29,852 bases of DNA from Myxococcota bacterium (GTDB lineage: Bacteria; Myxococcota_A; Bradymonadia; UBA7976; UBA1532). Within the stretch, counting starts at the first letter, position 1; the number at the start of each line of letters is the position of its first letter. Position numbers and translations under genes: made by a program. The stretch spans positions 1 to 29,852 of the forward strand of contig JAYZEG010000057.1 of assembly GCA_036337435.1 (NCBI GenBank), read 5' to 3'. Positions 1 through 8,025 of the stretch are shown here, piece by piece. The notes beneath the pieces are model-generated. The model was not told the DNA's origin and did not search any database. It saw only the letters and a program-made list of their open reading frames with translations.

Positions 1-1
1 T

Positions 2-802
2 ATGAAGATCATCGTTGAGGACCCGAAGCCTGAGATTGAACTTGAAGAAGAGGAAGAAGAAGAAGAAGAGATCGAAGAGGATGTCGGTAAGAAAGCCGGC
101 GGTGAAGAGGGTAAATTTGGTGAAGAGGATAAAATAGAAAAGTCCAAAGTCCCAAAGCGCGATGGCGAGCTCGTTGATAAGGTGAAAGACATCGGCATCC
201 ACAAGGCACTCGGTTCTGACATTCTCGGGCGTGGTCCAATGCAGAACGTATTTGGCGACCAGACCGGCTTTGATAGCAAGCTAAATGCGGCGATGTCAGG
301 TGCCGATGGTAGTTTGGTTATTGGAAACGGCAGTGGTGGCATGGGCATGCGCGGCACCGGCGGAGGTGGCGGTGGCCAAGGCTTTGGACGAATTCACGGC
401 ATGGGCCGTATCGACACGGGCGGCGGTCGAGGTGTCCGAGCCCGACTCGGCGGGAAGAAACAGCGTAAAAAGCGAGCTCGTGTGCGTCGAGGTTCAGGTA
501 GCTTTGCTGGTTTCTGTAAGCAAAAGGATATTCTCAGAGTTGTAGCGGGGCGCCAGCGCGGCATTCAGTTCTGCTATGAAAAGGAACTCGCACGAAATCC
601 GACGCTGAGTGGAAAAGTGACGATGGGCTGGGCCATCGGACTCGATGGCAAGGCGTTCCGAGTCGTTGTACAAGGGTCGAGCCTCAACAGTAAAGCCGTC
701 GAAGGCTGCATGCGGCGCAATATTTCGCGCTGGAGATTTCCGAAACCAGAAGGCGGTATGTGCCAAATCCGCTTCCCATTCGTGTTCAACGCAGGTCTCT
801 GA
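2..802 (+). CDS. GltG/PglI-like gliding-motility TonB-family protein with AgmX/PglI C-terminal domain (probably 5'-truncated by window edge)
   Basis: Acidic stretch, AGGEEGKFG motif, long Gly-rich linker (GGMGMRGTGGGGGG), then the C-terminal domain IQFCYEKELARNPTLSGKV...VEGCMRRNISRWRFPKPEGG..IRFPFVF typical of myxobacterial GltG/AgmX proteins. Confidence 0.85.
   Translation: MKIIVEDPKPEIELEEEEEEEEEIEEDVGKKAGGEEGKFGEEDKIEKSKVPKRDGELVDKVKDIGIHKALGSDILGRGPMQNVFGDQTGFDSKLNAAMSGADGSLVIGNGSGGMGMRGTGGGGGGQGFGRIHGMGRIDTGGGRGVRARLGGKKQRKKRARVRRGSGSFAGFCKQKDILRVVAGRQRGIQFCYEKELARNPTLSGKVTMGWAIGLDGKAFRVVVQGSSLNSKAVEGCMRRNISRWRFPKPEGGMCQIRFPFVFNAGL
44..70 (+). repeat. (GAA/GAG)9 coding trinucleotide tract (poly-Glu)
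   Basis: gaagaagaggaagaagaagaagaagag encodes E9 in the GltG-like linker. Confidence 0.8.
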
Positions 803-819
803 ATTGGTGGCAAGAACTG

Positions 820-861
820 AAAAAAGCCCAGCACCCCTTGAGGATTAGCTGGGCTTTTTTT
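820..861. terminator. Rho-independent terminator, probably bidirectional
   Basis: AAAAAAGCCCAGC-15 nt loop-GCTGGGCTTTTTTT between convergent genes, with A and T tracts on either side. Confidence 0.9.
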
Positions 862-903
862 ATGGGTGCATCCGCACGCCAGCGTTAACCGTGTATCGTC
901 GGG

Positions 904-1065
904 TTAGATGTCAATGATAATGACGGACGGCGATTCAACATCGCCAATGTCTTCGGGTACCTCTTCAGGCTCGGGAACGGGAATTTGAATAGCCGGTCGT
1001 TCGTCCTCGTTTTCACGCTCCATTTGGCGTCGCAGGATTTCATCAATGATGAATGCATCGAGCAT
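904..1065 (-). CDS. Small acidic hypothetical protein (53 aa, MLDAFIIDEILRRQ...VIIIDI)
   Basis: C-terminal part of track ORF 904..1551. ATG at 1065 has GGAG 6 nt upstream. The 5' end of the long ORF is antisense to grxC and looks spurious. The gene ends just before the bidirectional terminator. Confidence 0.7.
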   Translation of the reverse strand: MLDAFIIDEILRRQMERENEDERPAIQIPVPEPEEVPEDIGDVESPSVIIIDI

Positions 1066-1275
1066 TTTTGACTCCAATAGTCCGCGCCCCACCCCGTATT
1101 CTTCGTGACAGAGTGGCCCAAAACGCGCATTCAGTACAATCTTTCGTACCAAAAGTCTCGTCCGTTTATTCACTTTGAGAGAATAAAGGCTACCTCTACC
1201 CAGTTTTGAGATGACAGACCAAGTTGGAAAGATGCACAATACCCGAAATGAAATTACCTTGATTGCTTCGACACG

Positions 1276-1533
1276 ATGACAACCATCACAATATACACGA
1301 CACGCATCTGTGGCTATTGCGTCATGGCGAAGCGCCTCATGGATTCCAAGGGACTCGACTACTCTGAAATTGACGTGAGTCGAGACACCGAAAAGCGTGT
1401 TTGGCTGCTGGAACAAACAGGCCGTCGAACTGTGCCTCAAATCTTTTTCGATGATCAACCGATCGGCGGTTATACGGAGCTGGCGGCCCTCAATCGAGAC
1501 GGGGCCCTGGACGCACTTGTGACACAAGACTAG
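1276..1533 (+). CDS. grxC: Dithiol glutaredoxin (Grx3 type)
   Basis: 85 aa with IYT..CGYC active site, TVPQIF cis-Pro motif and IGGY.EL. Confidence 0.93.
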   Translation: MTTITIYTTRICGYCVMAKRLMDSKGLDYSEIDVSRDTEKRVWLLEQTGRRTVPQIFFDDQPIGGYTELAALNRDGALDALVTQD

Positions 1534-1594
1534 ATCCTGCTGTTTTGCCACAGATTTACCCGGTTTAAAACTCGATCCATCCAGTACGTAGGCC

Positions 1595-1624
1595 TTGACA
1601 TTTGGCCATAAAAACCGCTATTCC
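1595..1624 (+). promoter_or_regulatory. Possible sigma70-type promoter for the metalloprotease gene
   Basis: Perfect TTGACA at 1595-1600 and a weak -10 (CTATTC/TATTCC) 17-18 nt downstream, in the intergenic region. Confidence 0.4.
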
Positions 1625-1764
1625 AACACGGTTAGGTTAATAAGTCGCTCAAGCCCGATTCGTAGATAGATTGCGGGGCGAGTGTGCAAAAACTAAAGTG
1701 ACAACAGTAAATAACAGTCTATCCAGTTCTGGGAGACACAATGCTACGGCAGTTGGAGCAAGAC

Positions 1765-4700
1765 ATGAGAGTGGTGAAATTAGTCACAATTCTAGGCATT
1801 GCGTGTACGAGCGCCTTTTTTGGCGGTTGTGCAGAGCCAGTGGATGATATTAACCGTGTGAATATCGAGAACGTCTTCTCGAAAGATGTGTTCCAAGGCG
1901 AATGGTACTTTGCTCAAACCGTGGTGGACTCACCGTACGAAGCCGGCGGCACATTTGTTGGTGACCGCCAAGAATACTTGCTCGGTGCAGAAGATTTCCC
2001 AGCGACCAAGATTCGTTGGCGACTCACCCAGACTCACCTTCTCGCTTGTCGAGTTGATGACATAATCGTTGGGTCAAATCTTCCGGGGCGAACGCCGGGC
2101 GATGAACTCGACCCCGATAAGGCTGAGGCGAGACGCCGCAACAGCCTGGATCCGTCCGACCCCGACTACATGGATTTCCCTTGCACCAATCCAATCGCCT
2201 CTTTTCCGATCCGTCACATGGACATCAACCGAGCGTATAACGCGGCGACGGGTGAACAGTCGAACGTGATCGTCCCAAACCCGAACGACCGCATGTGGTA
2301 CGACCGAAAATATGTGCAAGTCGTGATGTGGGCTAACAGCGGGATCCCGGAACTTAACCTCAGCTTGGCGGGTGGAGCCGGGCTAGGATGGCATCAATTC
2401 GGTCGAGGAACAGCGTACCAAATTACGCCCCAAACCAACGATTGTCGCTACGAAATTGTTCCAGGAGTGATGAGCTATTCCCAGTGTCAGGAAGGGTTTC
2501 TCCCCGACCGCGTCGAAGATACCGACGATGACGGCATCACGGATTCCATCATGCTGACACATCGAATCCACATGGCACCGAGCCATTTCGGGTACACTGG
2601 CTTATTTGGATGCTTCCTAAACAGTATTTATGGTGCTGGTGGGACCTGTGCAAACGCTGAAATTGGCATGCGCACTCACTTTCTGCGAGTCCCTCAACGG
2701 GATGAGACTGAGCAGTATGAACCCCTTTATTATTCCGACGTTCAGTTCGAACGTGCAGGTGTTTGGCGTGTCATAAAGAACACTTTTGAACCGGGACGTG
2801 GACAGACAGACTTCAGACAGTTTCTTGGAACGCGCTTCAAGATTTGGAAACAAACCAAGACGTGTGATGAGGATGGCAACTGTACACCGCTGCCCATCAT
2901 CGACCGCGAGTTCAACCCCATCGTTTATTATTTGAACCGAGAGTTTCCCGCTGACCTTAAGAAAGCCGCCTTTGAAATCGGCAAAGAATGGAATGATGCA
3001 TTCAACGGTATTCACCCGACTATCGATTTGGAAGACAGCTGCAAAATTAAATGCGCTGCTGGAACCAAAGATTACGCCGATTGTACTTATCTGGATGAAA
3101 ACTGGACCATGGAGGGTACATGTGCCTTCAAGGTCGTCGAGAATTCCGGGAATGAATTTCTGGGTGACCTCCGCTACAACTTCATGGCGTACATCGAGGA
3201 TCCAGGGTCGCGCACTCCGTGCGGAATCGGTGGTCCCGCAAATGACCCAGAGACTGGTGAACTGATAAACGCGGTTTCCTATGTCTACGGCGGTTCGTGT
3301 TTTGATTTCATTGAAACACGAATGGCTGACTTGATGGATGTGTTATGTGCTTCATATGCGCGGCGTGATCCGAACACCGAACTGCCACGCGCTTGCCAGG
3401 GTATCGATGAGAATCAGTATCTTCGCGGTGTCCGTGTTCTCGACATCATGCAAGCACAGGGCTATGTGCGTGGACCATCGGTGCCAATTCGGGGTTTGAC
3501 TCAAGCCAACTACTCTTTTACCAGCGATGAAGCAGCTGAACGGTTTGACAACATTCGTGAGATTGCAGAACAGGCCAGGCACAACAAAGCCGCCCTGCAC
3601 CACGGTGCTCAGAAAGCACGGGAAGCAGGACTGTCGCGCATGCTCGTGCCTGACGAGCTCGCTCGTGAGGTCAGCGGTGGTCTCGCCCAAACTGGGGCCG
3701 ACTTAACGGATGAAGAACTTGAGTTGGTCGACCCATTGAAGCCACACGGCAACGGGATGTCTCGACAAGAAAAGCTCAGAAACAGGCTGGCAAGCCGCGC
3801 GCTCGAAACCGAGCAATTCATCTTTAATGACGATGCCCTCTGGCAATTCGTAAACCAATACAAGGATTACGAGCGACCCGAGATGCTTAGGCTTTTCAGA
3901 GAGCAAATGTTCAAAGCTACGACGCTTCATGAGATTGGACATAATGTGGGTCTGCGACATAACTTCATTGCATCCTTCGACCGAGCGAATTACTTCCCTC
4001 GGTATTGGGACATCATCGAAGAAGCCAATCGAGTGTTCGAGGCAGAGAACGGTCGACCCCCAATCACGTTCGAGCCCGCACGTGATTCTGATGAGACCCC
4101 AGAAGAGTTTACCGCTCGTTCGGAGCAATGGGATGAGGACAATGCCGCGCTGAGAGTCATCAAAGATTCATTGGGAATTCGTCAGTATCGGTACAGTTCA
4201 ATCATGGACTATCACGGTACTTTGTATGGTGACTGGCAAGGCCTTGGTAGCTACGACAAATCAGCTATTCGCTTCATTTATGGCGGTCTTGTAGATCGTG
4301 TTGAGTGCGAGGGCCAACAGCCAGAAGACTGCTTGACGAAGGACGAGAACGGTGTCCGTGCGCTACACAAACGAAGCTATGTCAAGTGGTACCACGGCGG
4401 CGAACTTTGCCAACAGGACACAGACTGCCCTATGGTCAGCCATGGCCAACAGTGTCGAATGAATGAGGCAAATGGCGTTCGGTTCTGCTCCAATTGGGAC
4501 GATGACGAAGCGATTTCTGGACGGTACAATCCACGACAAGCGTTCTGTTCGGATGACCGTGTCGCTGATCAACCCTTTTGTAACCGATTTGACTCGGGAG
4601 AGACCTCAGAAGAAATCGTTCAGAATGCGATCCAATCCTATGAGCAGGGTTTCATTAGAAACAACTTCCGACACTATCGGGCTGCTTTTAGCATCCGCTC

Positions 4701-5808
4701 ATACTACGGTCGCATGTGGAGTCGATACTTCAGCGTAATCGGCAATCAGATGCAGTCGCTTCTGTTCAAATACTACTTCGAGCCGGGCTTTCGCTCCAAG
4801 AACGGTCCAGGCGGATTCTACGATATGTTTAGGGCAACAATTCGAGGTTTTGACTTCATCTCAAACGTTCTTGCACAGCCCGAGGCTGGCTCTTACGAAT
4901 GGGACGAGGACCAGGGCGTATACACCTTTTTAGACAAGGAGTTGGTTGACAATAATATCGCTGGCGACGAGGTAATCAACATACCTTTGGGCCAAGGCAA
5001 GACACTGTGGTCGAGCTATGAACGGGGTTACTTCGGTGAGACTGACCGGCTTTCGTACATCGGTGTTTTTTATGACAAACTACTGGCGCTCCAAGCTTTG
5101 ACCTTTCGAGATTGGGGTGCGGATGCTGGCCAGAACGACCAGCGATTCCAGTTATCGTTTTATGATTTCTTTCCGGGCGCATATTTGAACGTGCTCGGCT
5201 CCCTCATTTCCGGAGACTACGACAATCTCGGCCTGACTTATGAGAACAACAGCGGTGTCCTGGCACAGCGGACCTTTTGGGATGGTAGTTTTTTCGGCGA
5301 TGAAGTTGAACTTAGCGCGGACCTTTTAGACCCACCCGGACGCAGAATCCGCCCTGGTGCATCGTCGCTCCTAAACGTCTACTCGTTGATCTACGGCTAC
5401 AGTTATACGCCGGCGTTCTTTGACTTAAGCTTTATTAATGAAGGGCGGGTATTCGAGGTTGGCGGAGAAAAGGGCTTCGATATTTCTCATTTTAACGGAC
5501 GCCAGTACACAGAGTGTGTATCTCCGCTCACCGGTCGTCGTTTTGTCGCCGTTCATACCGTGAGCGTCAGGGAAAGTATTGCCCAGCGGACAATGTCTCG
5601 CTGCATCGACCTGGCACAAAGGTACCGCGCCTTGGACGAGGCGATTATTGCCCACAGTCAAGATCCATCCGTTCAGTTGCCTGATGGGATGGACATGGAC
5701 CAGGCTGAGCGCGAATTCAGGACGGCGCGTATGCGCTTAAGCAACCACGAAGACACCATGTCGAATATCGTACGCATCATCGATATCGTGGGTGTCGGCA
5801 GTCTCTAG
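1765..5808 (+). CDS. Large zinc-dependent metalloprotease lipoprotein (metzincin, DUF4953/EcxA-like)
   Basis: Lipoprotein signal MRVVKLVTILGIACTSAFFGG-C, HEIGHNVGLRH zinc motif (3928-3960), SSIMDY Met-turn, DPETGELI motif and FCSD..V....FCNRFD. An alternative ATG at 1741 also has a GGAG. Confidence 0.88.
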   Translation: MRVVKLVTILGIACTSAFFGGCAEPVDDINRVNIENVFSKDVFQGEWYFAQTVVDSPYEAGGTFVGDRQEYLLGAEDFPATKIRWRLTQTHLLACRVDDIIVGSNLPGRTPGDELDPDKAEARRRNSLDPSDPDYMDFPCTNPIASFPIRHMDINRAYNAATGEQSNVIVPNPNDRMWYDRKYVQVVMWANSGIPELNLSLAGGAGLGWHQFGRGTAYQITPQTNDCRYEIVPGVMSYSQCQEGFLPDRVEDTDDDGITDSIMLTHRIHMAPSHFGYTGLFGCFLNSIYGAGGTCANAEIGMRTHFLRVPQRDETEQYEPLYYSDVQFERAGVWRVIKNTFEPGRGQTDFRQFLGTRFKIWKQTKTCDEDGNCTPLPIIDREFNPIVYYLNREFPADLKKAAFEIGKEWNDAFNGIHPTIDLEDSCKIKCAAGTKDYADCTYLDENWTMEGTCAFKVVENSGNEFLGDLRYNFMAYIEDPGSRTPCGIGGPANDPETGELINAVSYVYGGSCFDFIETRMADLMDVLCASYARRDPNTELPRACQGIDENQYLRGVRVLDIMQAQGYVRGPSVPIRGLTQANYSFTSDEAAERFDNIREIAEQARHNKAALHHGAQKAREAGLSRMLVPDELAREVSGGLAQTGADLTDEELELVDPLKPHGNGMSRQEKLRNRLASRALETEQFIFNDDALWQFVNQYKDYERPEMLRLFREQMFKATTLHEIGHNVGLRHNFIASFDRANYFPRYWDIIEEANRVFEAENGRPPITFEPARDSDETPEEFTARSEQWDEDNAALRVIKDSLGIRQYRYSSIMDYHGTLYGDWQGLGSYDKSAIRFIYGGLVDRVECEGQQPEDCLTKDENGVRALHKRSYVKWYHGGELCQQDTDCPMVSHGQQCRMNEANGVRFCSNWDDDEAISGRYNPRQAFCSDDRVADQPFCNRFDSGETSEEIVQNAIQSYEQGFIRNNFRHYRAAFSIRSYYGRMWSRYFSVIGNQMQSLLFKYYFEPGFRSKNGPGGFYDMFRATIRGFDFISNVLAQPEAGSYEWDEDQGVYTFLDKELVDNNIAGDEVINIPLGQGKTLWSSYERGYFGETDRLSYIGVFYDKLLALQALTFRDWGADAGQNDQRFQLSFYDFFPGAYLNVLGSLISGDYDNLGLTYENNSGVLAQRTFWDGSFFGDEVELSADLLDPPGRRIRPGASSLLNVYSLIYGYSYTPAFFDLSFINEGRVFEVGGEKGFDISHFNGRQYTECVSPLTGRRFVAVHTVSVRESIAQRTMSRCIDLAQRYRALDEAIIAHSQDPSVQLPDGMDMDQAEREFRTARMRLSNHEDTMSNIVRIIDIVGVGSL

Positions 5809-5826
5809 GTCTCAATAAAATTGATG

Positions 5827-5854
5827 AATGCGTTGGCCCTAGTGCCAACGCATT
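5827..5854. terminator. Stem-loop, likely terminator between convergent genes
   Basis: AATGCGTTGGC-CCTAGT-GCCAACGCATT, a perfect 11-bp stem 19 nt after the protease stop. The U-tract is weak. Confidence 0.65.
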
Positions 5855-5947
5855 GTCTCCCCCTTCCCTGCCAAACGGTCCAAAGACGGCGAGTTCTTGC
5901 GCGACACCGGTGACGTTTACCTGCCGTGGTCTACAGGGGTGTTCGGT

Positions 5948-7369
5948 CTAAAGGATTTTGATTAATCCTGCGATAACCAATCCGACGGCCAAGCCTGCGA
6001 CTAACCACAAAACCTTCGGACTTTCTTTACCTGACGGCTCGGTTGAACTGTCATTAAGGCCCGATGCGAGTTCCTCATTATTGGGCATATCAAGCTCTTC
6101 AGCGAACTCAACCAGTTGCTTGACTGACGCAGGCTCGGGTTCAGTTCTGTCAGCTTGCTCATCATCGCTCGATACGGCTTCCTGCGGCGGCTCGGTCTGG
6201 TCGTCATCGGCAGCCGTGTTGACTGCGCCATTCGTGGCAGCCCACGGGGCTGGGCCATCTGACTTTTCACCCGTGGTCCGCAAAGCTTGCGCGACCAGCT
6301 CGTCCGATATTCGAACTGTGTCAGTCCCGGCGGGTGACGCATCGATGCCAGCCAAAATTTCGGCTAACTCATCCGGCCGAAGGTCCAGGGACGCATCACG
6401 GCGATCATGTAACTCGTTCAAACATTTCTCCAGAGCACGCTTAACCTCGTGTGCTTCTTCAAAACGATCCTCACGATTTTTACTGAGAAGCTTGAGCACG
6501 ATACTCTCAAACTCCGGCGGGTAGGACCAATCGTCTCGAACGTCAGACGGGGAAACCGGCTGGTCTACAACAATTTTTGTCGCAACTTCGACAGCGGAAT
6601 CGCCCAGGAAAGGCAGTCGGCCTGTCAATGTCTGATACAGGATAATGCCCAGACTGAATAAGTCGGACCGCGGATCAAGCTCGAAGCCTTGAACCTGTTC
6701 GGGACTCATATATGCCGGTGTCCCACAGACGATCCCTTCACGGGTGAGCGGCTGAAAATCTTCATCATTATCAATAATTTTGGCAATTCCGAAGTCGAGT
6801 ACTTTCACAAAATCTTTCGTTCGGCGGTGGTCAAAACAGACGATATTGGCCGGTTTCAAATCTCTGTGGATGACCTTTGCTGAGTGAGCCTCGTCGAGGG
6901 CGTCACAGACCTGAGCCATGATGTTCAAAACACGCCGCGCAGGGAGCGGCGAGTCCTCGGCAATGATGACGCCAAGGTCGCGCCCCTCAATGAACTCCAT
7001 CGCCATCCAGAGAAGTGCGCCATCATCTTCGCGCCCGTACCCAAACATCGATATGCAATTCGGATGATTAAGACGACTCGCAGCCTGAGCTTCACGCTCG
7101 AACCGTTTGACAACGGTGAAGTCGGAAACAAGGTTTGTATGCAAGATTTTGAGTGCCACTTGTTTTCTAAGTTGGACGTGTTGCGCCCTGTAAACCCGTC
7201 CCATCGAGCCTTCGCCGATGAGTTCGATAACTTCGTAGGTGTCATCGATAATACGGCCGATAAGCGGGTCCACAGTGCCTTTTCGAGAATAGGTAAGGGA
7301 TACTCCACATGAAGGACAGAAGTTTGGTCGTCCCTTCATCTCGTGGCCACATTTTGGGCAATTATGCAT
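5948..7369 (-). CDS. Hanks-type Ser/Thr protein kinase with N-terminal zinc ribbon and C-terminal membrane anchor
   Basis: CPKC...CPSC ribbon, IGEGSMGRVY, VALK, HRDLKPAN, DFG and GTPAYMSPEQ are all intact. An acidic linker leads to a terminal hydrophobic helix. Start placed at ATG 7369 (track start 7414). Confidence 0.93.
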   Translation of the reverse strand: MHNCPKCGHEMKGRPNFCPSCGVSLTYSRKGTVDPLIGRIIDDTYEVIELIGEGSMGRVYRAQHVQLRKQVALKILHTNLVSDFTVVKRFEREAQAASRLNHPNCISMFGYGREDDGALLWMAMEFIEGRDLGVIIAEDSPLPARRVLNIMAQVCDALDEAHSAKVIHRDLKPANIVCFDHRRTKDFVKVLDFGIAKIIDNDEDFQPLTREGIVCGTPAYMSPEQVQGFELDPRSDLFSLGIILYQTLTGRLPFLGDSAVEVATKIVVDQPVSPSDVRDDWSYPPEFESIVLKLLSKNREDRFEEAHEVKRALEKCLNELHDRRDASLDLRPDELAEILAGIDASPAGTDTVRISDELVAQALRTTGEKSDGPAPWAATNGAVNTAADDDQTEPPQEAVSSDDEQADRTEPEPASVKQLVEFAEELDMPNNEELASGLNDSSTEPSGKESPKVLWLVAGLAVGLVIAGLIKIL

Positions 7370-7574
7370 ATTTAAAAAGCTTTCTGACAAGCCATCGAAA
7401 GTCGCCTCAAACAAATTCGCTGGCCGGTTCTGATTAGGTGAGACGTTACCATCGGTTCCACTGAGGTGGCAAGCATCCCTTGAAGGGTTGCGAATTGCAC
7501 TTGGACAAAGCCACGACCTTCTGTATGGTGCCTATCTAGACCTGGTATGCTTTGACCCAAGAAGGGATGTGCAC

Positions 7575-8000
7575 ATGTTTCGTAAATGTACCGTTTTGAT
7601 GATGATCGCAATGTTGACTCAGGTTGGCTGCTATAACACATACAACCTCAACATGGACGAGCTGGGTAAGCTCACAGAGGGCGGAACAAATGCTGCTGTC
7701 AAGGTGACAACCGAAGCGGGTCAGCAAATTGTGGTGACGGAGAATACAAAAATCGGCATTACGATGACCGATGGTCAATATCGCCCTATATCCCCGTTTA
7801 ATTTCACCATGACCTCAGGCCAGCTCATCGCACCTGATGAAGACCTGCTCGAAGACAGAGCGTCCATCAAAACTGGAAACGTAAAGCAGGTCAGTGGTTC
7901 AAAAACGGCACTCGTCGTTTTAACAGGGTTAGCTGCAGTTGTCGGCGGTGCGTTGTATGTAACCCTCAGTGCCGAGGAAGATAAAGGTTTTGGTCAGTAA
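7575..8000 (+). CDS. Hypothetical lipoprotein with C-terminal hydrophobic helix
   Basis: From ATG 7575 (GAAGGGA upstream): MFRKCTVLMMIAMLTQVG-C lipobox, beta-rich body, then TALVVLTGLAAVVGGALYVTL. Confidence 0.7.
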   Translation: MFRKCTVLMMIAMLTQVGCYNTYNLNMDELGKLTEGGTNAAVKVTTEAGQQIVVTENTKIGITMTDGQYRPISPFNFTMTSGQLIAPDEDLLEDRASIKTGNVKQVSGSKTALVVLTGLAAVVGGALYVTLSAEEDKGFGQ

Positions 8001-8025
8001 AGGCGACCGCTCCCAACTCACCGTT

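Noticed and set aside
1133..1154. Sigma54-like sequence TTGGTACG-AAAG-ATTGTA on the minus strand upstream of the small protein
   Set aside because: The GG to GC spacing is off by one base and the -12 GC is missing.
1066..1551. N-terminal 162 aa of track ORF 904..1551
   Set aside because: It spans the intergenic region and runs antisense to the well-supported grxC. Only the last 53 codons have an RBS and protein-like composition.
1646..1685. Imperfect hairpin in the protease leader (possible riboswitch or ncRNA)
   Set aside because: It needs several bulges and G-U pairs, and I recognise no riboswitch consensus.
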